From Chara braunii (taxonomy: Eukaryota; Plantae; Charophyceae): 64,000 bases of DNA. Numbering within the stretch: position 1 is the stretch's first letter; each line of letters starts with the position of its first letter. The position numbers and the translations under genes are program-made. This document shows positions 1 through 13,609 of this stretch, piece after piece. The notes beneath the pieces were generated by a model. That model saw only the letters and a list, made by a program, of their open reading frames with translations, was not told the DNA's origin and made no database searches. The stretch spans positions 2,835,911 to 2,899,910 of the forward strand of contig BFEA01000024.1 in assembly GCA_003427395.1 (NCBI GenBank), given 5' to 3'.

Positions 1-202
1 TGGCAGGAATTCCTCGTCGAAACGCTTCCTTTGATTTGTGGATACGGACGTCACTCCCTGGTCGATTGGGTCATCGCATGGTAAGTTTGAGCAGCAAGTA
101 AGATCTTTTGCAGGAAAGGCAGTCATAATTGCAGACATACATACAACCTTCTGATAAATCTACCTTACAAGGGAACATCCATCGCTTTGCTCTCACTGGA
201 AG

Positions 203-324
203 GAGGGGGGGGGGCAAGTTGACACCTGTTCAGTCTATCGAAGATAGATTATGTATCTTGAGAGGGGGGGGGGCAAGTTGACACCTGTTCAGTCTATCGA
301 AGATAGATTATGTATCTTGAGAGG
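203..324. repeat. Direct tandem duplication, ~59-bp unit x2
   Basis: G-run + caagttgacacctgttcagtctatcgaagatagattatgtatcttgagag occurs twice back to back. Confidence 0.9.
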
Positions 325-601
325 TAGTATAGTGAATGTTGGTGTACTACCGGAGCCATGTCTAGAGGTCGTTCACATGCTCGGCTTCATTTTCAGCCAT
401 AGTGTGATTGTGAGCAGTAGTTTAGTGCCGTTGTGTTGCTACAGCCATGCTTAGAGATCATTCACATACTTGGGTGTTCGCAAGTGGATTAAGTCGTGAT
501 TGTGCTGTCAGGTAAGCTATACTGAAAAACTCCATCAGTAAAAGCATCCCGGACATGGGCAAGTGGCAAGTGGAAAGGCAGTGGTTGTAGCAGGTGTGTG
601 T

Positions 602-605
<4 letters not shown>

Positions 606-669
<64 letters not shown>

Positions 670-718
670 GAGCTGACCAGTATCATGACTTGGACACACA
701 GAGGTTGGTGCCAGAAAC

Positions 719-755
<37 letters not shown>
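606..755. repeat. (GA)n microsatellites (two tracts, ~606-666 and ~721-755)
   Basis: Directly visible dinucleotide runs. Confidence 0.95.
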
Positions 756-758
<3 letters not shown>

Positions 759-1274
759 AGTGCATTGAGGAGGACGAGGCGATTGTTGCGAATTGTCGCT
801 GCAGCTTATCTAGCTGAAAGGACCTGGGATGCTTGCTGGCAGCTGCTGATTTGAAAGTCGATTGCGCAAGAAAGAGCGATAAAAAAGATAGGGGGAGGTG
901 ATTGCTTTAGTGTTGATTCATCTTTTGTGGAGACATGCCAACGATGCTTGAGCTTGTGTCAGGTTATCTGATTGGGTGCTACATCAGCAGTTGTTGGTGA
1001 GAGTATGCTATGTCAAAGCGGATGTGTGTACATAGTGAAGGGCAGTGACTGTTTCTGGTCAGAAAGAATGCGGCTCTCTCTCAAATGATTCGAGTTGTTT
1101 CAATGTCTCCATCAACTAATACCCGTGTAGTAAGCATTCCAGTGTTTTGTGTGATATGCCTTTATACTGTCAAATCAAGTTTTCGTGATTCTGCAGTGTT
1201 GTTGGCCGAAATATTCCATAGTGTCAATCAATCTCCCTTCTGTTTCTCTCACCAACTTCGGCTTTTACAAGTAC

Positions 1275-1278
<4 letters not shown>

Positions 1279-1342
<64 letters not shown>

Positions 1343-1347
1343 NNNNN

Positions 1348-1402
<55 letters not shown>
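1279..1402. repeat. (CT)n microsatellite with a 5-N gap
   Basis: Directly visible. Confidence 0.95.
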
Positions 1403-1406
<4 letters not shown>

Positions 1407-3539
1407 CCCACATGGAGCCAAATCTCTCTCTCTCCCCACATGGAGCCAAACAGCAAGGAGCCAAACAGCAAGGAAGCAACACTTAGGCTGGAGGGCACGG
1501 GGGAGGTGTGAGGGAAGACAAAGCACAAGCACGCAAGTCAGGGGGGGAAGGGGGAAAAAAAAAGCTACGAGTTCCAAAAACAAATGAAAGAGCCAAAAAA
1601 GAAAAAGAAAAAATTGGACCTTCGTCATACTGACACTCGGACTTCTGTGATGCATCTGTCTGCAATGACAGCCACATGTAGTCGTCAAAGTCCTTAGTGT
1701 GAGTTTGCCTGGCTGCAGCTTTGGATTCATTCCAATGGGATAGATTCTCTTGCTGGTTGGGTGGGGCGAGGGGAACAGGGCCAAGGGGGGCAGTGGGAGG
1801 AAAGGCAACTGCTTCTTGTAAGACGACAAATTATAATGTTTTCATTTGTGAAATTGTGATGAACTCTGTTCAAAATCCACAGACGCAGAGACATAGGGCC
1901 AGGCTCGTAACTTTTGGTCCAAAGCTTAGGTTAGGTTCAGGGGTCAAAAGTTGCATCTCTCATCTTAAAAAGCTCTGAGAAAATTCCTAAGTGTCAACAG
2001 GTAGAGGGTCTGGCGTCACACGACGCAACCTGTGGGCCCACATGAGACAGTTGACTCCTGGAAAATCAAGAGTCAGGCCCAGCACGGGAAAAGTAGACTG
2101 GAGTCAGAGATTTCTCAGCAGTCGACCACCACGGCCACAGATCTGATGGACAATCAAAGGCTGTCTGCATTATCTCCAGAAGTTTCCAGGGCCTACTGGC
2201 TCCAGGGACACAGTGGCAGACAGCAGATCTTGACTGCCCAGATTGAGAAATCTCCAGCACTGGAGCAGGGTGAAGCTGAGGCACGCCAAGGGTGGTCAAC
2301 TGCATAAAACGGCAGCCAGCGCCAATGAATCATTCATTCTTGTCTTGCACATGCCCGTGGCCAGAACGCTACTGGGCGAGGGAGAGGAGGGAAGAGAAGG
2401 TTAGCGCCAGGGAGAGGAAATCAGCACGAACCCAGGAGAAAGAGTGTGTGTGTAGCCATAGCTAGGAAGGGCGCTTGAGCGCCATAGCTGTAGCTTTAGA
2501 GTAGGGCGAGGAAGAGGATGATCAGTACCCCGGGCCACTCTGGTAGCCTAGTTAGTTACCGTTTCATTAACTTGATTCTACCTAGGCTGTCAATAAGCTG
2601 CCTTCCTTCTGAAGTTTTGTGCAATATTTGAACCTCCAGTACTTGGCCCAGCCATTGGCCGCGGAAAACAAGTAGAAACGTTTCCAGTCGGATGAATTTG
2701 GGCGCTCCTGTAGTGGCCAGTACGTTTCCTAAAATTGTGGCTTGTTCACAGGCACGACTTCAGGAAATACTGTGGTTTAAAAAGGATCTTATTCTGAAGT
2801 AGTGCTAAAACGCCTTATAGTAGGATGGCCCAAAAAGGAAATGACACCCACTCAGCCCAAGGCTGCCAGAACAACTGAAAAAGTAGGTGAAGAATCCTGA
2901 CTATCCTGAAGTAATTTTGAATAGAATAAATTACCTCTGTCTGAGAAACTGCACGTCTTTTTTTTTCTTTCGAAAAACGAAAACAAGAACATGCTATTAG
3001 GGGGGCTGATACAAGCAGCCTCCCTTAGTACGTGTTCTGGGGGCTTCGATCTATTGGTGGGGAGCTGCACGTGCTGGAGAATGGGTCTAGCGTCCCAATT
3101 GAGTACACTGAAAATATTAAAATAACAAGTGGACCCGCCCGAAGGAGGGAGCAGCAGCGAGGGGGGGGGGAGAGGGAGGGAGGGAGGGAGGGAGGGAGGG
3201 AGGCGGAGGAACGAAAATGCACAGACTGGGAGGGCAGAGAGATGCACAAATCAAAATGAGGCTGTTCGACGCACGGACTGTTCAAGTCATCACGGCGTTT
3301 GAGCAGAAGCCTTATGCACAGTGTGTGAATAGAAGTACGCACAACTTGAAACACACAGATCGCTCCGGTCCGTTCATCTAGTGAAAATCACAGCATGTGA
3401 GGAGATAGAGACGTTATGCACACTTCACAAACATCACACAGACACATCCAGTGCTGCGGCCAAGCGGACTGAAAGTTGTCTATACAGTGTATATACCACT
3501 GTGGCCAAGAGGATTGAAAACTGTCTACAACATTATTTG

Positions 3540-4285
3540 TATCAGCATGTGGCCAGAAAAAGAAGCCATCCAGGATGACGTCTGCAAAGTGATGCGATTG
3601 ACTGCGCATTGAAATTTGCCCTTTCCGCTTCTCCTCCTGGTCCTCCTCTTCCTCCTCTTCTCTCCTCCATCTGCTTGGTTTTGTCTCCTTCCTTCTGGTC
3701 GCGTTCTCTTCTCTCCTGTTGTGGATGTGATCCAACGTCGTCTTGGCCCTCCCTGCACCTCGACCTGCCACTTCCTTCTCCTCCTCCCTCCTCCCGCCTA
3801 GCATGCTGACGTGGCAGTGAGTGGTAATACCTTTCACTGCCACATCAGCATGTGGCCAGAGAAAGAAGCCACCCAGGATAACCTCTGTGCCTCCTTCTGG
3901 TCCTGCTGCTGCTGCTCCTCTCCTCTCCTCCATCTGCTTCGTCTTGTCTCCCCCTGTGCCGTCACGTTTTCTTCTCTCCTGCTGTGATCCACGTTGTCTT
4001 TGCCCTCCCCGCACCTCGACGTGCCACCAATTCCTCCTCCTCCGTCCTCCTCTCACCTAGCATGCTGTCGTGATCTGCTTTGTCTGGTCTCCCCCCTTCT
4101 CGTTTCGTTCTCTTCTCTCCTATTGTGGCCGTGATCCACCTCCTCTTCGCCCTCCCTGTACCTTAACGTGCCACCACCACCTCCTCCTCCTCTCTCCTCC
4201 CACATGCTGATGTGGCAGTGAGCGGGAATGGCTCTCGCTGCCGCACCAGCATGCGGCCAGAAAAAAAAGCCACGCCGGATAACGT
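3540..4285. repeat. Degenerate pyrimidine-rich tandem repeat (~300-400 bp units)
   Basis: The anchor cagcatg(t/c)ggccag-aaa-aagcca-ccaggat recurs at ~3543, ~3846 and ~4248. The block ctctcctccatctgctt...ttgtctcc recurs at ~3660, ~3923 and ~4974. Confidence 0.75.
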
Positions 4286-4471
4286 CTGCTCAATGATGAT
4301 TCGTGTAAATTTACCATTTCCGCACGGAATTTGCCATTTTTGCAAATTAACAAAAAAAAAAAAGCAAAGTTTGTTGACAGATTGCGGAATCTGCCATTTC
4401 CGAGGGGTGGGGAAAGCCAAGTTCCCAGACGCACACAACAAAAATGGTTCGACTCCGTGATCGTCATCATT

Positions 4472-4482
<11 letters not shown>

Positions 4483-4568
<86 letters not shown>

Positions 4569-4569
4569 N

Positions 4570-4658
<89 letters not shown>

Positions 4659-4693
4659 ATTGAGGTAAGTCGCGGTTATCTTCCCCTTTATTG

Positions 4694-4760
<67 letters not shown>

Positions 4761-4800
4761 ATTGAGGTAAGTCGCGGTTATCTTCCCCTTTATTGCTTCT
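4483..4800. repeat. (CT)n tracts with an interleaved ~43-bp direct repeat
   Basis: tcattgaggtaagtcgcggttatcttcccctttattgcttct at ~4657 and ~4759, each following a CT tract. Confidence 0.9.
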
Positions 4801-5497
4801 TTTCGGCTTCCCCTCCTCGTCCTCCTGATCCACATCGTCTTCGCCCTCCCCTCACCTTGACATGCCACCGCCTCGTCCTCCTCCACCCTTCTCCCACCTA
4901 TTCTTCCCCGCTATCACGGTTATCTCCCCCTTTGTCGCTTGTTTTCCGCTTCTCCTCCTCCTCCTCCCCTCTCCTCTCCTCCATCTGCTTCGTTTTGTCT
5001 CCCTTACCCAGTTCCTCCTCATTGCGATGTCTTTTCTGCTGTTATGGTTGTAATCCACGTGTTCCCCCTCTCCACTCCTCAACGCCATGGTTACTCCTGT
5101 GATGTATCTGACCGCAGTTACAACTGGACTTCAATGTAATTGCGGCCAGATACATTCACCTCCAATTTCCCACCATCGTCATCTTGTGTTGTTCTCTCTC
5201 CTTCCTTATTGATTGTCATACGCGCTGTTAAAGTCTTTGCCATATGGTCGACCTCATGTCCCGTTTCCGTGTCCTTCCTCGCCACGGCAGTTATCTCCCC
5301 CTTTATCACTTCTTTTTGGCTTCTCCTCCTCCTCCTCCTCCTCTCCTGCCTCCCCTGCACCTCGATGTACCACCGCCGCCTCCTCCTCCTCCCTCCTCCT
5401 ACCGGCCTCCTCCGTGTCCCATTTCCCTGTCCTTCCCCACTATCACGGTTATCTCCCTCCTTCTACGTGCCTCCTTCGTGTCACACACACACACACG

Positions 5498-5545
<48 letters not shown>

Positions 5546-5877
5546 CACACACACATATTCACATCCAACTTCATGCATGGGCCAAGATCGGCATGGCAGG
5601 TATGGCAGGTTGAGGCGCATCGCATAATGCACTCTCCGCCTGAAATTGTTCAAACGCATGTAGTGTCTTGTGCAGTGGAGCGAGCCGTATCATCGGAATG
5701 GACGAACTTCCACGACTCACGAACACGCGCGACACACCCTCACTCCACGGGCGACGTCATTCACGTGCCCGTCCTTCCTCCCTCATGCCCATCTGCCTCC
5801 CTCATCCTCCTCCCTCGTCCTTCTCCTTCATCCTTCTCCCTTGGCCTCTGCCCCTGGTCATACTTTTTAAGTCCCCG

Positions 5878-5967
5878 AACCGCGGCTGGCCTCACTCGAC
5901 TTCCATCGACAGGATGAGCGAAATCGAATGAATCTTCGGCTAGAACATGGAAATATGCACTACTACA

Positions 5968-6040
<73 letters not shown>

Positions 6041-6190
6041 TTTGTGTGTGTGAGAGAGAGAGACACACACAGAGAGAGGGAGAGAGAACAGGTAAGTATC
6101 CAACCTCGCGGCTGGCCTAACGCTACTTCCATCGATAGGATGAGCAAAATCGAATGAATCTTCTGCTAGAACATGGAAATATACACTGCC
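5878..6190. repeat. Two ~85-bp direct repeats flanking a (GT)n(GA)n tract; contain a motif shared with family X elements
   Basis: cgcggctggcct...gaatgaatcttc(g/t)gctagaacatggaaatat(g/a)cact at ~5881 and ~6107. The GAATGAATCTTCYGYTAGAAC motif also occurs at 32570, 32964, 54126 and, reversed, at ~17037-17071. Confidence 0.8.
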
Positions 6191-7599
6191 ACACTTGTAG
6201 ATTCATTCCGCGAACCGGCGGCCGAAAAAGACCCCATGCCAACAACAGTCTTCCCCCCGAGTGTTCCACACGATTGTTGCACAATCGCGCCGCCCAAACT
6301 CCATTCACACAGGCCCGAACAGTCCGCCTCCAGAACACTCACCACGAGACTCAAAACGATAATCGTGGGCGAAAACAAGAACCGCGGAAAAATGATGATT
6401 TGTTTGCGCCTCCCACTGCCCCTTTCAACCGGACCCCGCCTTGATACCGTCCAGCAGCGCGCGCAGAACTCCCCTCCGGGTTTCTCGTGGGCCCGCGGCA
6501 GCGTGTCGCTGGGCCCTTTGTAACTTTTGAGAGCATAGGGATGAAAATATGCCAGCCCCAGGGAAACTGCCAGTGGGGAGTTAGATCTTTGACCGTGTCT
6601 CCGAGATGCAGTTAAACGGGGAGTCCGTGAACGCGAAAGAAAAATCAGAATGCGTGAATTCGTAGGTGCTCGCATTCATTGAAGTTAGGTGTTTCCAACG
6701 CCCAGAGAATATGTCGACGAGGGCGCAACACTGCATGTGTCCTCTTATGCATGGCGCACCATAACCAACTTTACCAAAATAGATCGAGAAATTTTGCGAC
6801 ATTTGCATGACTTCGGGACGAGTGCCGAAGAATTATTGGATAACAAAATAATATATTGCGTGCAAGTGCCATTTGATGAGTAACCAAAAATGAAGGAGAA
6901 GGATAAACGACAAAAACCGGCAACCGGCGAACCCGTCCCACTTGACTAACTGGGCAGCTAATGACTGTGGCTGGGGCTTTCTTAATTGGGATGCCAGGTC
7001 TCTCTGTATGAGACCATATCCATCATTAGCTAGGGCTTCGAACTGGGGTGGACTTCAAGTTGGGACCAAGCTTTGGCCAATGTGCCAAACGACCGGCAAC
7101 TTCAGCACAACATTTCTGCAAGGGAGAAGGGATGGGGAGGGAAAAGGTTTGGGAAGTCGGACCATGGGTGCATTGGGAAGGAGGGATCAATATTCTTCTA
7201 ATGCCGGAAGACCAACGATAGTCGCAGGCTGCTACATGGTTTTGTTGATTCTGAAACTACCCTACCCATCCAACCCCCTAGCCCCCTCCCTGACCAAGCT
7301 GTAGAGAAGGAGACGGTTGACTGTCTGATGACCCTCTCCATTTGGAAGAGGTTCAGTTGTGCTCTAGTCTCCCACTACCTCCTTTCCATCTCTAACTGTA
7401 TTTGCTAGCAGAGCTGCTCAGTCATCTTTACTCCCTCCACACTCGTTTCCTCCATGGCCAAAATGTACCGCTGCCACGGAGTGCCCATAATATCACTCTT
7501 CTACCCAGTCTAAACATTTTTTCTGTAAAGGTGGAGGCTTCCTGTGGTGGCCGCCAAGACCCTGTTAGTATTGCTCTCCAAGACCATGGCCAAGGAATC

Positions 7600-10339
7600 A
7601 GAAGAGGCCCCGGTCAGAGTATTAGGAATTATGCTGACGGCGCTTGGGAGACCAGTATTGAACGATGATTGGGTCCTTAAACTGGCACTGCAGAAATTAA
7701 TGCAATGGAATGACAAACACACGTCTCTAATAGGTAGGGCACTCGCAGTAACAACACAGTATTGGCGGCTCTCTGGTACAAATCTGCAATCTGGGCTCTC
7801 AACAAAGAAGCAATTAAATCACTTAAAAGGCAAGTAACCGCCCTGTTGTGGAGAGGTAACAGCGAGTTGCCGAATGTCATTAGTCGGGTGGCATGGTCGT
7901 CGGTAATCCGGCCTAAAGACAAAGGGGGCTTGGGAATCTTAGACCCGGACACCCAGGTTCCTCCACTGCTGATACAATGGGTGAGGAGAATGTTGTTCAC
8001 ACCAGATCTTCCATGGTTCCCCTTTGCCCTGGAACAGATCGCCAGGCTAGCCCCTCAGGTGCCGCATGGTGTACACCCACTGATTTGGTTGGAGGACCGC
8101 TACTGGTCCATACCGCGGTGCTCTGAAACTATCAAGAACTCGGGCCGGGACGAAGCAAGAAGAGATTTGTCCAGGGATGACTTTTGGCCCCGGGTTCTTA
8201 AAGCCTGGCGCCAGCTGCCGTTGCCGGACGAAACCCCGCCAACCACATGGGCAGAGGTGATGCGACAACCCCTCTTTGGCAATAGAAACGTCACTGATAC
8301 AAATGGGAGGGTGTACTGCAGCTCAGACCCCCCATGGAGTAGCTGGGTCAGGAAGGGTATAGTCAGAATGAAGGATACATGGGACCCAGAGAACAAAAAC
8401 TAGAAGATGGCACTGCAACTGAGGGGCCTAATGAGGTACTGTCACGATATTGAGCGGAACCTGGACGAATTGATTTTTGCGGTGTCTCTCGACTGGGTAC
8501 GCACTCTACGCAAGGGACCGCAATTGGTAGAAGGGGACTCGGTGATGGTCCTGGGAGACACTGAGAGTGTGGGCAACGTGGTGGAGGTACGGGCCGAGGA
8601 GTCCTTGGTCAGCCCCCCCCCCCAGGGGGAAGGACCATGTCCTCTCTAAATACACCCCGGAGGCGGTGAGGTGGTGTAAGCATGAAGAGGTGTACAAAAT
8701 CCGGGTGATGAGGCAAAAGGATGTATGGGTTGCGTTTCAACCAGAGACCCCTCTTGAAGAGCTCCCCTTCGACCCGGGGGAGTGGCACTGGAGGCCTGCA
8801 CGCAGGATGCAGACCACTTCAGATAAACAACTGTTTAGCTTGACTGTAAAGGACAAATACCAGTTGTTGCGACCAAAAGTGAACTTGAGAGAGATAGTGA
8901 AGGCTCGCTGGCAGGCTATCTGAATGTGCGGAATGACTCTCTTCGCCCTATCAGATGGTTCACAACCATGAGATCCAAACCAGTGAAGTTCGCCTCACTA
9001 CAATGGCAGATAGAGCATCATTGTCTCCCCACTAACAACTGGCTGGCGGACCGCACATACCTAGAACAGAAGGGCTTGGTGCTGCCATGGTGCAAATCCT
9101 GTCATAATGCCTTCCTTTCTTGAAAGATTCTGGAAACCATTGAACATATCTTCCTACACTGACCAAGAGCGGTGCTAACATGGCGATGGTGGGATAGGAT
9201 TTGGAACCTTTTGGATACCGGATCCACTTGGCCATGGGACTGGACAGCGCTGCTCTGCGAGGCATGGACCTCCCCCATGGACAGAGACTTCGAGAACAAT
9301 ATGTTTAAGATAGGAAGGACAGCCATCATCTGGGCACTCTAGAAAAAACGTTGTATACATTCCATGGAAGGGGTTCGAGTAGAGGGGGAGGAAGTGACGG
9401 AAATGATCAGACAGTCCATCAATTAAGAGCTCCGCATGCGGTGGCAGAAAGTCAAAAGCCAATTAGACTTGTGCCACATAAAAAAAAAATATTAAACAGG
9501 GGACTGGCTGGGTAGCAAACAAGGGGGCTGGATCGCACACATCCAATGAGAGGGGGACAAACGCAGGGGCAGAAATGGGATGATTTTAGAAAGGACTACT
9601 GCATTTGCTTCAAAGAGTGGACCAAGGTCGACCAAGGGGTCCTGCGTGCGCCCACCCACAAACTTCCCAGACCCCTTTCCACCTCATTAGCTGGCAATAG
9701 TAGACATGCAATGGTACGAGGCAGCGTAAGCAGATGACAATCGTCCTCACAAAGCTGCCAAGCCGACATCGAAGTGGAACAGAGGGATGGATGGTGGGGG
9801 ATGGGGTGGTAAAGCTTTTTGGGAAAGGGAGAACTTGTCTCTTAGCAGTAGGTATCTAGCGCCTAGTACAGGGCGAAGAGGTTTTTCCTTGTTCCCAACA
9901 ACTTGGAGGATAGAGTAAGCAATGCTGGCAGATGTCTTTCTCAGTCCTTCTTAGTGATATTTCTTGGCATTTAACTGTCTAAAAAATTTAGTGGCTGTTG
10001 CAGAAAGCTGTCAGCCGATATGGAGTGGAACAGAGGGATTGATAGTGGGGGATGGGGTGGAAAAGGTTTTTGGGAGAGGAAGGAACTAGTCTCTCAGCAG
10101 TAACCTGCACCGTCAATCCTTTGGAGGACAGAGTTATCAATGTTGGCAGGTGTATTACTCAGTTGTATTTCTTGACCCTTTCCTGATTCGTGTTGTTTAA
10201 GGGACGTTGGACCCGTTTTCCAGTAGGTGATGCTCCCCACCAATAGATGGAGCCTTTGCCTGGGTGCTAGTGTTGCCTGCTTTTACCAGCAGCACTTGCA
10301 CTGTAGGGGGTGTTGCTGGTAAAAAAAAAAAAAAAAAAA
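7600..10339 (+). mobile_element. 5'-truncated L1-clade LINE (RT C-terminus + zf-RVT region, 3'UTR, poly(A)), pseudogenised
   Basis: Motifs VRVLGI, SLIGRALAV, RVAWSSVIRPKDKGGLGILD, HHCLPT and CKSC...ETIEHIFLH with frameshifts and stops. A19 tail at 10321-10339. TSD AAGGAATC at 7592-7599 and 10338-10345. Confidence 0.92.
9751..10180 (+). repeat. ~253-bp tandem duplication in the LINE 3'UTR
   Basis: aaagctg..agccga..t.gagtggaacagagggat...ggggatggggtgg repeats at 9751 and 10004. Confidence 0.8.
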
Positions 10340-11539
10340 GGAATCTCAGGTATCATCCTGCCAATCCCACCATCGCAATGTGAGCTGCACATTTGGGCAT
10401 GGCATGAAAATATGTTCAATAGTTTCTGGTCGTTTCTTTTGAGGTAAGGTTCCCAAACAGCGTAAGCACCGAGGTAAAACACACCCTCGCTCCGGTGGGT
10501 TGTCTGCCATTAAAGATGTTATTTTTGTCAGTGTGGCCTTCTTTCCTAAAACCCGGGGATAGGCACAAGCAGTCGGCGATCAACGTTGAGATAGCTGGCC
10601 CATTTGTCAGTGATCACATAAGGGCGCTTAGGCCTGAGTAGTTTGTATATGGATTTAACTGAAAGGTTGTGGGGGTAGACCTGAGGGGGCTGGCCGCCAG
10701 GTCGTCCGACAGCCCTCTACCGCCATTCCAATGGGTCTATAGCCAGATGCCGACTGTTACTCCAAGGCTGGAAAACAACAACTTTTCACCCTCCTAAATT
10801 ACTCAGATTCGGTACAACCTGCCCTTTTCCTTCCATTCAAAGGGATTTGGACTGTCTTGGAGGCCACCAACCCTGTTTATCGCAAAAGACGCTACCAATG
10901 CATCATATGGCCAATTTATGTGATCTCTCCCAACCCACTTCGTTTCCCCCCTCGCGCCTAACCAGTCTCCTTCCTGAACGCTGGGGCCTCACGTTAGCAT
11001 ATGATACCATGCCAATGGCACTGCCTCGATAAGGAGCTCCAAGTTCCGCCCCATGTGATGATAACAGTGTACGGGCTCATGCAGTTGATCCGCCATCCTC
11101 CAATCCATTCAGTAGTCATCCCACAGGTCCCCCTCCCGATGAACCCCTTGTTCAACCCAACCTCTCCATAGTGCTGCTGAGATGCTCCTAACCTGGCCAT
11201 GACGGTTTGTGATCCATCGGTCGTCGAAGAGAGGCTGCTTGTATACCTCCTCCCAACGGTCTCCCGATGTTTTTTTCGGGGAGCGTGAGCGCCCTCCAAC
11301 TCTTTAAGAGAGATGGTCGGAAGGGGTCCCCCACCTCCATCACCTTGCCTAGGTATTTGCGGGGTACAAACCAGTAACGGTCCTCTATCCACGTCAGGGG
11401 GTGCACCTCAGGTGGGGCAAGGTAGACCACATGATCGAGTGTGAGTTTCAGCCACGATCCTTTCAGGGAAAAAAATTAACGTTTTAAGCTACTGCAAGCA
11501 AAGGGTATGGACCTGAATAGCCGAGCCGATGATTCCCAA

Positions 11540-11900
11540 ACAACAATTTTGTCAAAATAAACATTTTTTATTTTTTGAACGAAGTTGAAATTTACTGAAT
11601 TGACCCGAATCCGTCTGACCCAGGTCTCAATTTTGACGAAATTGAGGGTCGGGGGTTCTTAAAATGTTGTACCCCCGGGACTCCAGCTAAGTTTGGATAC
11701 GTAGAGGGTATCCGACGTGCTTAAAACACTAGCCCCTCTGCTGAGTCCAGATACATTCAGGGGCTCCGATATTTTAAGAACGCAAAACCCTCAATTTTTT
11801 CAAAATTCCGATTCGGATCAAGTGGATTCATGCCAATTAGTGGTTTCAATTTCGTTCAAAAAATAAAAAATGTCCATTTTGACAGAAGCACTGTTTTTAT
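11540..11900. mobile_element. Foldback/MITE-like non-autonomous element with long imperfect inverted arms
   Basis: Left arm ttttgtcaaaataaacattttttattttttgaacgaagttgaaa...aattgagggtcgggggttcttaaaat matches the reverse complement of the right arm attttaagaacgcaaaaccctcaatt...tttcaatttcgttcaaaaaataaaaaatgtccattttgacagaa. Removing it restores the LINE frame GG|LGI. Confidence 0.85.
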
Positions 11901-11969
11901 CCCTCCGACTGCTTTGGGTCGAATCACTGCACCTCACGCCATACAACTAATTACGTTGGGAATGCGATA

Positions 11970-12455
11970 TGTGAGTCTAACTGTGGGCGACGGTCCTTCT
12001 AGTACGACCAAACGTGCCGTAAACATTGTTGGAAGGACCCAAGACGGAGGGGAGAGATACTTAATTTGTAAAAGTCGGGACCTCGGTTTGGATGTTTTCG
12101 GAATGTCAGCTCCACTTTGGACATCCGATGGTCAAATCACGTTAGAGATTGCATCGTTTGTGTAACGGGATAGCCGGGGTGACGGTCCCTTTGCCATGAA
12201 GAAAAAAAGGACGACGAAGAAGAGATGAAAATGGTTGTGGAGTTGGAAACGATAACGCAACACCGCCGTAGACTCAACACGCACGTACTAAAAAAATATG
12301 CAAGTGAAGAATGATCTTCAATACAAAATGCAGCTGGGGTATACCCCCAACGAACTGACTGAAGTAGACTCGACTAATACCAACAACAATACTTAACTGG
12401 ACTAGACCGAATAGATACGCCACCTGTGGGGTTAGGCCAATGGCCTGGTCTCACA
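11970..12455. mobile_element. Possible LTR (TGTGAG...CTCACA)
   Basis: Inverted termini tgtgagtc/gtctcaca. No TSD, PBS or PPT found. Confidence 0.3.
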
Positions 12456-13609
12456 AGTTGAACAGACATATAGTTGAACAACCCTGATTATAGGCAAAAG
12501 TAAATAGAGTCTCGTTGACCGATCCTTAAACTTGTACATCAAAAGTCAAACACACGCTATCCACAAAAGCAGCGGAACTTCTTAAACAATAAATCTAAGA
12601 AATCTAGGATGCAGAGCAAACTCCATACGGAGTCTATGTGATGCATCTTAAACTACATAATGTCATAAAGAAAAATACATGTTTGGTATACACGTCTTAA
12701 CTAGCAGCAAGAAATCAAATGCAGCATAATACAATTATATAGTCGTAGAGGTAAATGCTTCAGAGCTGAAAGGAAAAAGAATGTCACAACATAATGTCAT
12801 ATCGCTGAACCACTTAGATTGGGATGGTCTCAAAGGGGGTGAACACAACTTGCGAACCGAAATTTGTGGGGGCAGTCATACACAAAGATAAGATAAGTTA
12901 TCAGGCTCGGAATGAGAGGGAACGAAATAAAACCAATGACCCTCATAGATAAACTATCAAGGTGGGTAATGATCGACAAACAAGTGACACCATGCAGGAT
13001 CTATCATGAAAGAGAGTCTGGAATATGATGAAATGTCTAACTAAAGGCATGCAGTGGCCGACAGTAACGTGGTGAATGTAGTGGATGAGGGGGTCAAGCA
13101 CACAACTGACCGACTGAGAGGGAGCCAGATCTGAGAGAAGGGAAACCAAGATAACGCTACGGTCCCAATGCCTATGCGATACTAAGGGAGAGTCCAGCTT
13201 TGGGAGAACGAGCTACATGAGAACCATCATGTGACGCACACAAGGGAACGTAGAAGGTGGGATAATGATGTGAAGGAGTCACGTCCAAAGGAGCTGAAGT
13301 TGGTGAAGTAGCTAGAGTCATCAAAGTAGTCGATGACGTCAATGAAGTCGGAGTCGAAGTCGGCGTTGAAGCAGAACTACAAAATGTCGACATCCTGGAG
13401 TAGAGTTGAAGATGGAGTACATGAAGGTGTGAGTCAATGGGAAGATAGAGAGGTGATGAGAGGTTCATTCGTTGTAACGCACAAGGCGATGACGAGATCC
13501 ATATGGACGCGTGGAGGTGTCTGTCTACTGCTGAAGAATGACCTGTGAGGGAGGACACTCGTTTTCAACAATATCCTCAGTCAGAGGAGAAGGAGGGTCG
13601 GTCGACTGA

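Larger units (their letters stand above)
6940..11960 (-). mobile_element. Degenerate L1-clade LINE ORF2 C-terminal part (host), split into ~11901-11960, ~10346-11539 and ~6940-7599
   Basis: Minus-strand translation across the pieces: PNVISCMA*GAVIRPKAVGG|LGII..., LAPPEVHPLTWIEDRYWFVPR, KKRPETIEHIF, MIPEI|PWPWSWRAILTGSW...KMFRLGRRVILWAL. These are collinear with the plus-strand L1 inserted in it. The left boundary is approximate. Confidence 0.85.

Noticed and set aside
1615-1760. Possible minus-strand host exon (QQENLSHWNESKAAARQTHTKDFDDYMWL...)
   Set aside because: No recognisable domain, weak donor site and no partner exons identified.
4657-4800. Biologically meaningful duplication next to CT tracts
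   Set aside because: Short exact duplications beside microsatellites and Ns may be slippage or gap-filling artefacts. Reads are needed.
489-6160. Many ORFs rich in SL/RE/HT/CV dipeptides
   Set aside because: They are translations of (CT)n, (GA)n and (CA)n microsatellites and low-complexity repeats.
5926-6185. GAATGAATCTTCYGYTAGAAC as an independent dispersed regulatory motif
   Set aside because: Its other occurrences and orientations track family X copies, so it is most simply part of that family.
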